A stretch of DNA of 63,963 bases, filler included, from Reclinomonas americana ATCC 50394 (Eukaryota), in the NCBI GenBank assembly GCA_048213135.1. It is 12 parts of 9 records of this genome, joined end to end, with 100 filler letters (N's around TTAATTAATTAA, not from the genome) between each part and the next. Parts side by side here need not be neighbours in the genome. Positions count along the whole stretch, not along the records: positions 1 to 13,825 come from PS015972.1; positions 13,926 to 15,666 come from AFZH01016316.1; positions 15,767 to 20,866 come from PS015973.1; positions 20,967 to 30,937 come from PS015973.1; 8 more parts are not named here. The stretch is one strand, 5' to 3'. The notes below the pieces were generated by a model that saw only the letters and a list, made by a program, of their open reading frames with translations, was not told where the DNA came from and searched no databases. Each line of letters begins with the position of its first letter. Within the stretch, counting starts at the first letter, position 1. The position numbers were made by a program, and so were the translations under genes. Positions 1-25,900 of this stretch are shown here, piece after piece.

Positions 1-105
1 CTACTTACTTCTACTCTCTCTCTCTCTCTCTCTCTCTACGTACGTACGTACGTACGTTCGTTCGTCGTACGTACGTACGACGAACTACTACTCCTACCTA
101 CCTAC

Positions 106-165
<60 letters not shown>

Positions 166-265
166 GATGCACATCATTCTCTCCATCCTGCACCACTTCT
201 GACACGGATTGCCTCCTTTTCCCCTTCTCCTTCCCCCTTTTCTCCCTCTGCCTCCCACAACTCAC

Positions 266-13474
<13,209 letters not shown>

Positions 13475-13687
13475 CTGGGGAGAAGGGAAGGAGAGGGAAG
13501 TGAGTGACAGAGAGATAGAAAGGAGAGAGAGAGGAGGGGGGGTGGGAGGAGAGAGGACGGGCGACGAAGGGAGAGGGACATGAGAGGAGGAAACGAGTGA
13601 GGAAAGCGTGAGATAAGCAGAGTTGTTGTGTGCGTGTGTGAGTGGACAGAGAGAGAGGGGGGAGAGAGAGAGACAGAGAAAGGGAGA

Positions 13688-13758
<71 letters not shown>

Positions 13759-13825
13759 GAGGAGAGGAGGAGTAGGAGTACGAGTGATCGTAGACGTCGA
13801 GTAGTGTAGGTACGTAAGTGTACGT

Positions 13826-13925
13826 NNNNNNNNNNNNNNNNNNNNNNNNNNNNNNNNNNNNNNNNNNNNTTAATTAATTAANNNNNNNNNNNNNNNNNNN
13901 NNNNNNNNNNNNNNNNNNNNNNNNN
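13826..13925. other. Artificial contig-joining linker (N-TTAATTAATTAA-N); further copies near 15711, 20911, 30982, 37357, 39689, 43160, 49803, 53827, 59033 and 62686
   Basis: An identical stop-in-all-frames spacer flanked by about 44 Ns occurs 11 times. Confidence 0.97.
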
Positions 13926-13970
<45 letters not shown>

Positions 13971-13996
13971 TTCCCTCACTCTCTCTCTCCCTTTAG

Positions 13997-15436
13997 CATT
14001 CTGGCTCCGAAGCAACACGTTCTTTGAGCCACCAAAAGTGCAGCCAAAGGCCAACGCGGTGCTATTGGTGGATATGGGACCGTCGGCGCCGTACACGCGC
14101 ATGTGGAGCACGCACCCGGGGATTAATTCGCTCATTCCGGCCGCGCAGTTGTTGTCGCCGTCGTATTTGGTGAGCGAGAAGGAGGCAAAGGGAGAGAAGG
14201 GAAAGGGGGAGAGGGAGGGAGGGAGAGGGAGACTCTGCAGGCATGCGTTGCTGCAGTCGCTTCCAGACACACGGGTTACCTCTCTGTTCATGTTTGCGCT
14301 TGCGTCCAGTTTCGTTGTGCACTCGTTTCCTCTCGTTTCCACTCGCTTCCTCTCGTTTGCGCTTGTTTTCTCTCGTTTGCACTGGTTCCGTCGCGCTTGC
14401 ACTCGTTTCCTCCCGTTTGCACTCGTTGCCTCTCGCTTGTACTCGTTTCCTCTGGCATAGCGCTTCTGTGATTGCCCGCATCTCTCGATGTCAGCTGCAG
14501 TCGCGTGCTGTGTTCCGTTGTCTCTCATGCACTCCGCTTTGAGTTTCTTCTGCTTCGCTGCACATTTACGCGCCGTTCACTACTTGTCCCTGTGCCTTAA
14601 TTCGTGATTATTGCATTCTCGTCGCCACCTCCTTTCCTCTGCATCACCCCGATTCCCCTCTCTTCCTCCTCTCTTCCCCTCCCTTTCCCCTCTCACCCTT
14701 CCCCTCCCACCAGGTCTCCGTCGAAGACGACGACCTCGACGGCCGCGCCTCCGCCCTGCGCTACCGCGTCCGCTTCGCCATCTCCTCCGCCAACCCCGTC
14801 TACTCGTTCCGCCTCCTAAACTTTCTCCAATTCGACCTCGACCACCGTCTCGATCTGTCGATGGAGTCGCTGGTGTACTTTGAGGTCACACAATGATTTC
14901 CGACCCCTCCCCCCTATTATTCGCCTCAACACCCCCGCCCACACCCGCAGTCCTCCTCCGGTGTCCCCTTCACCAACCTCTACTGCGACGGCCAGCTGCA
15001 ATTCCACCAGCGCGAACCCATCTCCATGGTCAATCCGGCGCGCACCATCTACAACACCACCCTGTTCGATCCGACACGCGTGACGTCGCTGGCCGAGATC
15101 GCCCCGCACAACATTCTCCCGAATTACATGAGCCGCAACGAGACCACGGCGCTCGAGGCGAAGCAGTGCTCGTGGAGTGCGGGTGTGGCGTCGGGGCAGT
15201 TTGTGTTTGAGGGGGTGGCGAGAATACCGAATGCGAGGGTGGAGTTGCGTCAGAGGGGGAAGGGAGGGCAAAGGAGGACAGAGAGAGGGAGGGAGAGAGA
15301 GAGAGAGAGAGAGAATATGGAATGCGAGGGTGGTGTTGCGACAGGGGGCAAAGGAGGGACAGGGAGAGGGGGAGTGAAAGGGGAAGGGAGAGGGTGAGGG
15401 AGAGAGAGAGGTGATTAGGAGAGCAGGGAGTGTGTG

Positions 15437-15471
<35 letters not shown>

Positions 15472-15589
15472 CGAATGCGAGGGTGGAGTTGCGTCAGGAG
15501 GGAAGGGAGGGGAAGTGGGGGAGGAAAAAGGAGTGAGGAGGAGAGGACGGAAAGGGGTTAGGGAGAGGGTGAGTGTGAGAGACGGAGGA

Positions 15590-15656
<67 letters not shown>

Positions 15657-16615
15657 GACAACAACGNNNNNNNNNNNNNNNNNNNNNNNNNNNNNNNNNN
15701 NNNNNNNNNNTTAATTAATTAANNNNNNNNNNNNNNNNNNNNNNNNNNNNNNNNNNNNNNNNNNNNCGAGAGACAACTCTTCTCCAGAGAGAATACCAGA
15801 GAACAAGGCGGTGACGCACACAAAGAGGCAGACAGCAGGCCAGTGCCGACAACTGGGACAACACAAAGACAAGCATGAAACGACAGAAGCAAGCAAGCAA
15901 GGAAGAAAAAAGAAGCAACGTGAAACACGACAGAAGGTGTGTGAGAGAGAGGAGGGGGGGGGGGGGTGAGGGAGTTAGTGAGGTATGGGAAGGAGAGAGA
16001 GCGAGATGAAGAAAGAGTGACAGAGAGAATATGAGAGGGAGAGATCTGCGTCGTTAATGAGTCGGGTCACGATATCATAACGACTGTTTATCGGTCTTGT
16101 GTGGAGAAAGAGGCGAGAAGAGTGCCAGCAGCGTTGAGAAGTAATTATGGCAACTTCGCATTGCATTCTGGCAGCTGTTTGCTTGTTATTTCTTTGACGC
16201 GTGGTTAAGAAGGCTGGGAACGCCACTGAACATGACAGACGGATGTGAGCAGAATGATGGGGACGTAGAGATTGGTTTGACTGAACGAAGAATGCAGAGA
16301 GCTTGAGTTCGATAGACAGCATGAGTGATTCTTTGGTGGAATTCGTGCACTGTTGTCACCATGTCAGTCTCATCCTGTCAATCTCCGCGTTGCTCCTTGC
16401 CTTCATGTCCATCCTCACTCTTCCTTCCCTTTGCCTTTGCGCGCAGCTACGTCCCCGGCACCTGGGAGGCCATCAAAATGGCCTGGATCCAATACGTCTC
16501 CTTCATCCTCGTCATCGGGTGGATCTCATTCTCGCTGGTTGGCCTGCTCGTGGTCAAGCGCATCCTCCCCACGCGGGTGATACGCGACTCCACACCCAAG
16601 CTGCATCAATTTTAG
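13997..16615 (+). CDS. TMEM231: Transmembrane protein 231, ciliary transition-zone (MKS module) component; 5' exon(s) missing
   Basis: Exons 13997-14169, 14714-14884, 14951-15243 and 16447-16615 splice in frame. They give AFWLRSNTFFEPPKV...WSTHPGINSL...VEDDDLDG...LYCDGQLQFHQREP...YMSRNETT...PNARVDYVPGTWEAIKMAWIQYVSFIL, matching TMEM231 motifs (FWLK, WSTFPAFN, EEDRNQDG, NGDLRLQQKQPL, RNVTT, YQPGFWEMVKFAWVQYVS). The gene spans a linker within its last intron. Confidence 0.93.
14310..14460. repeat. Intronic degenerate minisatellite, about 21 bp unit (GCACTCGTTTCCTCTCGTTT-like)
   Basis: About 7 degenerate tandem copies in the first visible TMEM231 intron. Confidence 0.7.
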
Positions 16616-17355
16616 TGCATGGCGCTCTGTCTGTAGTCATGACTTTGTTGCACTCCACAAGTCTCCATCGCCTCGCTTTTTGAGCTCTCTCAAGATTCAA
16701 CCTCTTCTCTTGTCTGTCATGGCATTCCCCTCTCTGTTCCCTCCGATCCTGGAGTCAGTCTTTCTTCTCCATCGTTTTCAAGACCTGCTGTCGCTCTTTG
16801 TCGGTCGTGGCATCCTCCAGTCACTCAGTCGCCTCGCCCAAGTCTCTCAGTTATTCCCGCTTCCTGCCATGGCTGCAGCATCAGTCTTCCGCTCTTCATT
16901 GCCAAGTCTTGCCCTTCTGCTGTCATCTTTACGCTTTCCCGGCAATCGCCCTCTGCTCTCTATCTTCCTTCGCCTCTCTCTCTTCCCCAGCCCGTGCCCT
17001 TGCCCTTTCGCAAGCAATTCTGGCGGCTCTCAGTCTCACATTTCACCTCACACACGCAACTGCTGCATCTGCATCTCCCCCGTGCCGCACCTGCAGCACA
17101 CCACCGACACGTGCATTGCATGATCCCCCACATCTCGTCTGATATTCATTTGGAATCCTCCGACTGCTGCACTCCTTACCATTCATGGATGCATCATGCC
17201 CTTCTACTCCAACCAACCACGACAATCAACGTTGGTGCGTGTTACGATGATCAGTGACGTCAACAGGGGACGAGGAAGAGAGAGAGATGGACACCAAAAG
17301 ATTCCTCCGGCTTTTCACGAATTGAAACTTTTCCGATATCTTTTCACTTGCTCTC

Positions 17356-18311
17356 TCACGTGGAAACATCAATCACGGAGAAGAATCCCAGCTCCCGTCG
17401 CGCATGCGGTAGTGGCAACGGCTGCGGCACCGCACCACCATCCTCCTCTTCCACAGAAGAAGATGCCGGCCGCCCCGGACCCGATTGCATCACCACGCGA
17501 GATTCGTGCATCTGATGATGCCCGGCCCCGTGCAGCGCCGACGACAATGACGACTCCTCCTCCTCGTCATCGTCCTCCTCATCCGCATCCTCCTCGTCCT
17601 CGTCGGTGAGCGTGGCCAGCGACGTGCGACTGGCACTCATCTCCACCGCCCGCTGCTTCCACGCTGCAGATGCACACGATTCCTTCTCCAGCTCCGTCAA
17701 CCACGCCTCCACGCGCTCACTCGCCGACACACGATGCCCCAATGTCCGCAAATACCTCCGCTTCAAAACAACTACAAAAGGGCAATCAAATGAGCAAAAC
17801 AACCACATTGTAGTCTCCAAGTGTGAGAGATAGAAGGCGCGCAACTTGGAGGGGGAATGAGGTGATCCAGTGACACCGATGTGGGTAATGAGTAGGCGGA
17901 GGAGGTGTGCGACGAGGAGCAGGCCGAGGAGCGCGACATGGCATGAGCCATTGCGCCTTGTCCGGCGTGCTCTCCCACTGTTGCAGTCATGAGACGCTGC
18001 TGCTGCTGCAGTGGCGGGTGTTGCTGATGCAGAGAGTGAGCTGGCGCCGGTTGTTGTTGCAGCAGTGGCGAGTGGTGCACAGCAGTGGTCGTCGACTGCT
18101 GCAGCAGTTGTCGTCGCGACACTGCTGCAGCCACGACCATCATCATCACGTCGTCTTCCTCGTCATAGTCGTCGGCTTGCTCCTCTTGCTTGTGATGGTG
18201 TTGTTGTTGTTGTGAGGTGGAAAAGGTGTCTGTTTTTGTCGTCGCGGAATGCACAAGTCGAGTGTCGTCGTCGTCGTCCATGGGGAGAGGGCTGAGAGAG
18301 AGTTGGCCCAT
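17356..18311 (-). CDS. Hypothetical low-complexity (Q/D/E/S-rich) protein, 2 exons
   Basis: Exon 1 runs from 18311 to about 17846 (donor gttgcg). Exon 2 runs from about 17771 (acceptor tttgtag) to the stop at 17356. They splice in frame (..PPP-I-VLKRRYLRTLGH..). No recognisable domain. Confidence 0.55.
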
Positions 18312-20997
18312 GCAGTGGTGTGTCTAACTGAGAGAGTGTGTGTGTGTGTGGGTGTTGGTGTGTGTCGCAGTCGCTCTTCGCTCTCTTGTGAGTGTCAAAA
18401 ACGGGGTGATGATGTGTGAGTTTTCGGACGTGAGGCCGGTTGGCGTTCGACGTTCAGTTGGCGGTGAGTGGAGGAGTTGATGAGCGGGCGGGGGAGGTTG
18501 GTGTGTGTCAGAGAGGGAGAGAGAGAAAATGAAGGGATGGGGAGAGAAAAGGAGGGAGGCGAATTTGCGCGACGTCGATCGATATCGCGCGCGACAGGTT
18601 GCATGCGCAAGGCGACGCAAGTGAAACGAGGCAAGGCGAAAAAGAGAAAGGCTTCCCTTTACGATTGCCACGGCATTGCGGAGCGCGAGTGGCTGTGCAG
18701 CAGGATCGGAATATTGCAAGCAAGAAACCGGGCAGAAGTCGTTCTGCAAGCCTCTGGCCAAGCAGGAGAATTCTGGGCACAGGGAAACAAGACTCGGGAC
18801 CCGAGAATTCATGTTCTTTGCGGGGCGCGAGGCCTGCGAAGGCGATTCGCACTTCCCGACCTGCAATTGTCGAAATTTCGAAATCCTTCAAGGCCCACAC
18901 GCGTTGTTTGGCTTTGCCTGCTGGAAAGGAAGGTGACTGCTGGAGAACAATAATTATGTGTCCATATATTGTTGGTCTGCCAAGGTCATTGTCGGCAAGG
19001 GATTTGTAGACGTCGACATTTGTCGAATTACGGTTTGAAGTGTTTATGTTTGCAACCGCAGCATTCTGCATCAACAACAACAATTCATTCGCCAGCAAAC
19101 AAGCAACTTCTAGCCGTTTGAAAAGCATCAACACAAAAACCAGTCTTGAGGGCAGCGGCAGATATCGATTTCCGTGTGTGCATTCGCTTTCTCAGTAAGT
19201 CAGCATCTCCATTCCTGCTGGCACTTCGTATACCGCCGTCCAAGCAACTGCCTCTTCTTGTTCTGCGATCAAAAACCGTCATTGCCACTGGCCTCGAGCT
19301 CGAGCTCGATCGAAGTCGGAAATCGAACACAATATCGAAGTCGAATTCGGCATGGAGACGCATACACACACGTACACTGAGTGAGGTAATCGATGTGCAC
19401 GCTGCATTTGCGATTCTTTGGCGGAGATCAAGCCAGAAATGTGCGGAAAGGACTGCAGGACACCGACGTTTTTCCGAGGGAAACGCACGCACACATCGCC
19501 TGCTCTCTCTCTCTGCTCTCAGTCAGCCAGTCAGTCACACTCAGGTATGCCGCCGTCTCACTCACTCACGTCACGAAATGTGTCCGTTCTTTGTGATTGA
19601 GAGAAATGAGTGCATCGCTCTGTGTGAGTGTGTGTGATCGTCTCTGTGCGCGTGTTGTGTATGCGTATGTGAAGGGAGGAGAACCAACGGCGATGGTTGT
19701 AAGAAAAAAAGGCTTTCCCTTTTTCGGTGGTCACATGGCTCACCACATGCAACCGACGTTCACTCAACGCCCTCTCTCAACGCTCTTTCTCTCTCTCACT
19801 CCCACGCAGACACGAGAGAGAGTGTGTGTGGTGAGAGAAGAAGTGTGCGTGTGTGTTTGTGAGTGTGTGAGAGAGACGTTGCAGACACATTCACTCATTC
19901 GCTCATTCGCTCATTCTCACGCTCTCTCACTCGCTCTCACTCTCTCTCATTCACTCACGCCTTGGCCTTCGACTCGTTTCCCTTTACCAGACTCGTTCGC
20001 CTTCCGTTCGCCTTTGTCTCACTCTCTCCTCCTCCTCTTCTTCCCCTCCCCCCTCTCACTCTCTCACACACTCTTCCGCACACTGAGTCATCCATCCTGT
20101 CTCTCGCCCTCCTTCTCTCTCTCTCCTTTGCCCTTGACTCGTTTCCTTTTACCAGGTCACTCATTCGCCTTCCTTACATCGTATCCCCTCTCCACCTTCT
20201 CCTCCTCCTCCTCTGGTACATTCATTCTTTCCTTGGCCTTTGTGCAAGTCACTCTGCTTGCCTTCTCTTTCTGTTACTTCAGTCATTCACTCGTTCACCC
20301 TTCCTTCTCTCGCCCTCCGTCCCACTCGCTCCTTCTCTCATCAAAAGCCACCCTCTCATCCTTCCTGTGCTCATTCTCTTGACCCTCCCTCCTCTCTCTC
20401 TCACACACACTCTTGTTCCTGTGGCCCTCGACTCGTGACGCTGGACGCAAGTCACTCTCTTCTCCTTCCTTCCTCGCTCTCCAGCCGTTGCATCTCTCAC
20501 TCGCTCATCTTTCCTTCTCTCACTCTCTCATCCTTCGCATTGCTCACTCGCTCAATCTTACTTTTCTCTCTCTTTCTCTCTCTCTCGTTCTCGCTGTGCC
20601 CTCGACTCGCCACGCTTGACGCAAGTCACCCTCTCTTTCTTCCTTTCTCGCTCTCTCATCCTTCGCATAGCTCACTCACTCACCCTACCTCTCGCTCTCG
20701 CTTTCTCACCCTCACGCTCTGTTCATCTTCCTTTTCTCGCTCTGTCGTCCTTGCATCACTCACTCTATCACCGTTCCTTCTTCTCGCCTTCTCATCGCAC
20801 TCACACACTTCTGCTCTTGCTTTATCTCTCTTCCTCACTCCCTTCCCTTCCCCCTCCCCACAGATGNNNNNNNNNNNNNNNNNNNNNNNNNNNNNNNNNN
20901 NNNNNNNNNNTTAATTAATTAANNNNNNNNNNNNNNNNNNNNNNNNNNNNNNNNNNNNNNNNNNNNACTCGTTCTTACTTGTCTTCTTCTCTCGTCT

Positions 20998-21043
<46 letters not shown>

Positions 21044-21108
21044 TGCCTTCGGGCCGCGCTTGTCGTCTCATGTTCAATGAGTGTTTATGGCTGCACTCTT
21101 TCTCCTTG

Positions 21109-21187
<79 letters not shown>

Positions 21188-21717
21188 GCTTCTCAAGTAT
21201 TGCGCTTCCATTTCTCTCATTCCTGTTCCTCCCTTTCCTCACTTGCTTCCCTTCCTTTGCATTGCCTTTGCTCACTTCCCTTTTTACTCCCTTTCTGGAT
21301 CCCTCACTCCCTGATTCCCTCCCTCCTTCTCTGTTTCCCTCACTTCCTGTGTTCCTCACTGTTCATTTCTCATTCCCTGTTCCCTCCCCTTCCCCTTCTT
21401 CTTCCCTTCCCCTCTTCCTTCCTCTCGTTCGTTTCCCCTGTTCTCCCTTCTTGTCGCCAACCCTCTGTCTCTCTTCCCCTTCCTCTTCCTTCCTCTCCTT
21501 CCTCTTCGCCTTACACTTCTTGTCTCTCCCTCTCTTCATGCTTTCCTCTGTCGCTTCCCCTTCCTCGCTCCCTTTCCATGTCCTCCCTTCTCCTCTTCGT
21601 CCCTCCCCTTCTTCCACCCTTCCCCTTTTTCGTCCCTTCCCTTCTTTCACCCTTCCCCTTCTTCCTCCCGTCCCCTTAATCCCCTTTCCCCTCACCTCCC
21701 CCTTTTCCTCTACGCAG

Positions 21718-21973
21718 GGCATGAGCCCACCGCCCACCCCACCGCTCACCCTGGTGCCGCTGGAGCGCAAGCTGAGGATCCTCGAGGAGCAAGCAAAGCA
21801 ACTCGACCTCGGCAGCTCATCGACGGTGAGCACTTTCTTCTGCCATTCTTCCTTCGTTTCTTCATGCCTCCTCACTTTATTTCAAGCAGGCACCGACCAT
21901 TGCACAACCGCGCCCACGGCCCAACAAGCGGGCCGATTCGCTGGATGAACCAGTGCTTGTTATCGCCGAGTAA
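21718..21973 (+). CDS. Last two exons of an unidentified gene
   Basis: A long polypyrimidine intron ends in acgcag. The exon GMSPPPTPPLTLVPLERKLRILEEQAKQLDLGSSST follows, then a gtgagc..cag intron, then APTIAQPRPRPNKRADSLDEPVLVIAE*. Upstream exons probably fall in the gap at 20867-20966. Confidence 0.55.
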
Positions 21974-22302
21974 TCTTAAACGTCACCCCGCCCCTCCCTC
22001 CCTCCCTCGTCATTGTTATCTTCTTCTTTTTTGATTTTCTTCTTCTTTTCTTCCCCCCACCTCACCCGTTTTGCCTCTAGAGATTTTTGTCTCCTTTTCG
22101 CCCACTCCCCTTGATCGGTATTGCATTTTGTAATTCTCCTGCTGTTATACATGTGTGATTGGGCGTTCAGTGCCCACCCACTTCCGCCTCTCCGCGTAGT
22201 AAAAGAAAGCGCAGCCGATCCGTTTTGCAAGTGTGTTGGCCAGGGCGTGTTTCCGTGTTCAAGTATTGCGAGACGTCGGTGTTTGAGGCCATGGTTCGTA
22301 AA

Positions 22303-22880
22303 TGTTGAATGGCATACCTCGCTCATTCTTGACTGACTGACATTCCTCCCTCGTTGTTGAATGGCATGCCTCCCTCACTGTTGAATGGCATACCTCCCTC
22401 ACTGCTGGAATGGCATACCTCTCTCATTGTTGAATGACATTGTGCTCTTACTGTTGACTGGCACACCTCCCTCACCGTTGAATGGCATGCCTCCCTCGCT
22501 GTTGAACACCATACCTCCTGCACGGTTGAATGGCACTTCTCCCTCGCTGTTGAGTGGCAAACCTTCTGTTGACTGGCACTCCTCCCTCACTGTTGGCTGG
22601 CATGCCTCCCTCATTGTTGACTGGCATGCCTCCCGCGCTGTTGAACATCCTCCCTCACTATTGAACGGCATACCTCCATCACTGTTGAATGGCATACCTA
22701 CCTCACCGTGACTGGCACACCTCCCTCACTGTTGAATGGCATGCCTCCTTCACCGCTAAATGGCATACCTACCTACTTGTTGAACGGCATGCCTCCCTCA
22801 CTGTTGACTGGCATATCTCCCTCACTGTTGAATGGCATAACTCCCTCACTGCTGGCATGGCAAACCTCCCTCACTGCTGA
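22303..22880. repeat. 24-bp minisatellite (TGTTGAATGGCATACCTCCCTCAC), about 24 copies
   Basis: Head-to-tail degenerate copies with no unique spacers. Indels break every reading frame. It lies between two convergent stop codons (21973 on + and 22982 on -). Confidence 0.92.
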
Positions 22881-22981
22881 CTGAAATGCAAGGCTCTCAC
22901 CACTGCAGCATCCTCTCCCTCTCGTTGTGTCTACACCGGATCTGTGACTAGGGTGTGTTACCATTTATTGCTTCTGCGCTA

Positions 22982-25900
22982 TCATCTCGGTCTCTCCGAC
23001 AGCACGCTCAGTTCCACCACGTGCGACTCGCCATCGCAGCGTAATGTCAACTCGGCGAGTGTCGGTGCGCCCGTCGCGTTGGTGGGGCCGTCAAAGGAGA
23101 CCGCCAGGTCGGCGGATTCATCCTGTGGGCGAGAAGGGTGAGTGGAGAAGACAAGCAGGTAACAGATAATCTACCTCTCGTCCACTCGTTCGTTTCCTTC
23201 TCTCTCTCTCTCTCTATCCTTCTCCTACAGTCTCCCCACTTCCTTCTCTTGTCATACCATAAGACAAGATAACAGGTAACCTTCCTCTCGTCGACCCGTT
23301 TGTTTCCTCTCTCTAACTCTCTCTCTCTCTCTCCCCTTCAGTCTCCCCACTTCCTTCTCTTGCAATATCATACCCCCACGCATTCAGTGAGACTCGCGTG
23401 TGTCACAAGCTTCTCTCTCACACAAACATGCACACACAGAACACAAGCACACACTCCTTCTCTTTCCCTTTCCCTTTCCCCTTTCCCCTTCTCCCCGTTT
23501 CCCCTTCTCCCCCTTTCCCCCTTGGCGCTCACCGGCTGCAACAGCCCCTCCTCCGCAACCTTGAACCTCCGATCATTACACGATGCACGCCAGTGCAACG
23601 GTGTGTCGCCCACATTGGTCAGCAGCAGCAAGTCCCGCGACTGCGCGCCCACAAAGTACAGACTCTGCGAGCCCAAATGCAAACTCTGTGTGCACGCCTC
23701 GCCTGCTCGTGGAGTGAGTGACAAATCACAGACACGCCCACACGCGCACACACTCACCAAAGAGGCGCACCGAGTCCGTGTGCTCACTCTGCGTCACAGG
23801 GCTCACGTGCCGCACTTGCAGCGTGCGCACCACTGGCCCCAGATGCTGGTGCGTGGGCATAAACACCACCGGCAGCATCACGTACGATCGGGGACGAATC
23901 TCCACCGATGCGTGGCGCACGCGGAACGGCGGTCCAGGCGCCACAATGTCCACTCGCGCCGCGGTGGAACACGGATTGCAAATCGGCAGCTTTGCGGTGC
24001 GTCGACCACCGACCTTGGTGCGCGGGAACGTCAACTGATCGTCGCGCACATACACGGAATCGCGCGGTTTGCCACTGCCGCGACGCTGGGACAAGATGCT
24101 GCCACCGCCATTGGTGCCGCCATTGGCGGAGGTATAGGTGCCGGTTTCCGAAGGCACGCCCTCGTCCTGGGGGTGGCTGTCGGCGGCATCGAACTGAGGA
24201 GATAGAGAGAGAGGTGAGCAAAGTGGGGGACTGAGCGGGATGAGACATGGAATTACCTTCCCGCCCAACGCATATCTCGTCTTTGGCATGTGCGACTCCA
24301 CTCGCGACGACGATCGGTGTGGTGGCGTTCCTTCTCCAGTTGGATGCGACACGCCCATAGACAGCTGAGCGGAAACAATAAGCAGACAGGAAATTGATCA
24401 GCACTCTTCTTGTCGTCGCTATATCGTTTCTGTTGCTGTTTTTCGTGTGTTCCATTTTCTACCTCAGCATCATTCTCCTCCTCCAGCCTCTATTTTATCT
24501 CCTTCTTCCTCTACTTCTACTCATTCTTCGCGTCCATTATCTTCCCTTTTTCTCGCAAATCCCCAAATCCTCCTCATCTTTTTCTTTATCATCGTTGTAT
24601 TCTTCTTGTTGTTTTTACCTATTTCTCGTTCTTCTGCTTCTCCTTCAGCAACCACCCTCTTTCTTCCCGTTCCCTCTCCATTCCATTCATCCCTCTCTCC
24701 CACTTCACATTCTTACTCTCCTCCTCCCTTTCCCTCTATTTCCCCCTCCACCCTTCCCCCCTTCACGCACCATTCTCGGCGGCTCACTGGACACCGCCCC
24801 TGGCGGCCTGTTGTGCTCCGGCGGCACCAAATCCCCACGCATGCTGACTTGCACCTGCTTGCTGTGCTCGACACTCTCAAACACGAAATACTGCGTGTAC
24901 GACACCACGCCCGTGCCAATCGCGGTCTCTGGCCCCGCCGCCGTATCTTCAATCGGCGGGCAGAACTCCACGTCCACTTCCACCGTGCGGCGAGGGGCGA
25001 CCTTGCCGCGGAGCAGCGCAAAGCGGAACACGCTGCCAATGTCGTCGGAGAGGGTGGTCACCTTGCCCTGCCAGTGCATCACGAGTGAGAAGCGTGGAGA
25101 AGGACAGTGTCTTTTTGGCAAAGGGAACGCACATCAGCCAGCGTCCGGAGAACGCGCGTGGATGGCTGCAGGGTCCACGAAAGCTCGCGCTTGAACGACA
25201 CATTGTCGATGCTGAGTCGCGAGCTCACGTACGCGCCACCGCCACGCACTCGCCGTTGCAGTTGCAAGTGCAGGTGCTTGGTGCGCAACAGCAGAGGTGC
25301 GTGCCCGGAGCCCACGTTGAACACTTCACCGTGGCCGGCCTTTTCGCGCAGCAGTGCCTCGGCGTCCGCCTGCGCCGACGGAGAGATGGGCCGGTCGGCG
25401 GAGGGTGTCTTTTTCGGCGTGCTCAGCATGCGCTTGTCGTCGCCCGGTGAGCCTGCGCACACGGAGCACGTGTGTGAGAGAGAGAAAGAGAGATAAAGAG
25501 AGAGAGAGGGAGGGAGAAGGAGAGATAAAGATAGAGAATTAGAGAGAGGGAGGGTGAGGGAGAGATGGAGTGAGATATAGAGACAGCGAGAGAGAAGGAC
25601 AAAAAAGTAGGAGAGAAAGAGAGATTGACAGCGAGTTGGAGAGGGAGAGAAACAAACTCCGCATGGAATGTCGCAACACTCAAAACTCACTCACACAGAC
25701 AACAGAGAGAAAGAAGAAGACACACTTTAAGAGAGAGAAGGAGACATGGAGAGAGAACAGGAAGGATAGATTGTGAGAGAAGGAGAGAAAGAGAGAGGAA
25801 ACAGACACTGCATATCAAATATCGCAACACTCATGACTCTCTCACTCTTCCAAGGGCATATCACTCACCAGATCGCCCACGACGACTTGGCTCGAATGGC

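Noticed and set aside
13870..13881. Recurrent TTAATTAATTAA as a biological motif or piggyBac target
   Set aside because: It is always embedded in fixed-length N runs, so it is an artificial joiner.
22303..22880. 24-bp repeats as a CRISPR array or a repeat protein
   Set aside because: Units are head-to-tail with no unique spacers, there are no cas genes, the context is eukaryotic and indels break all frames.
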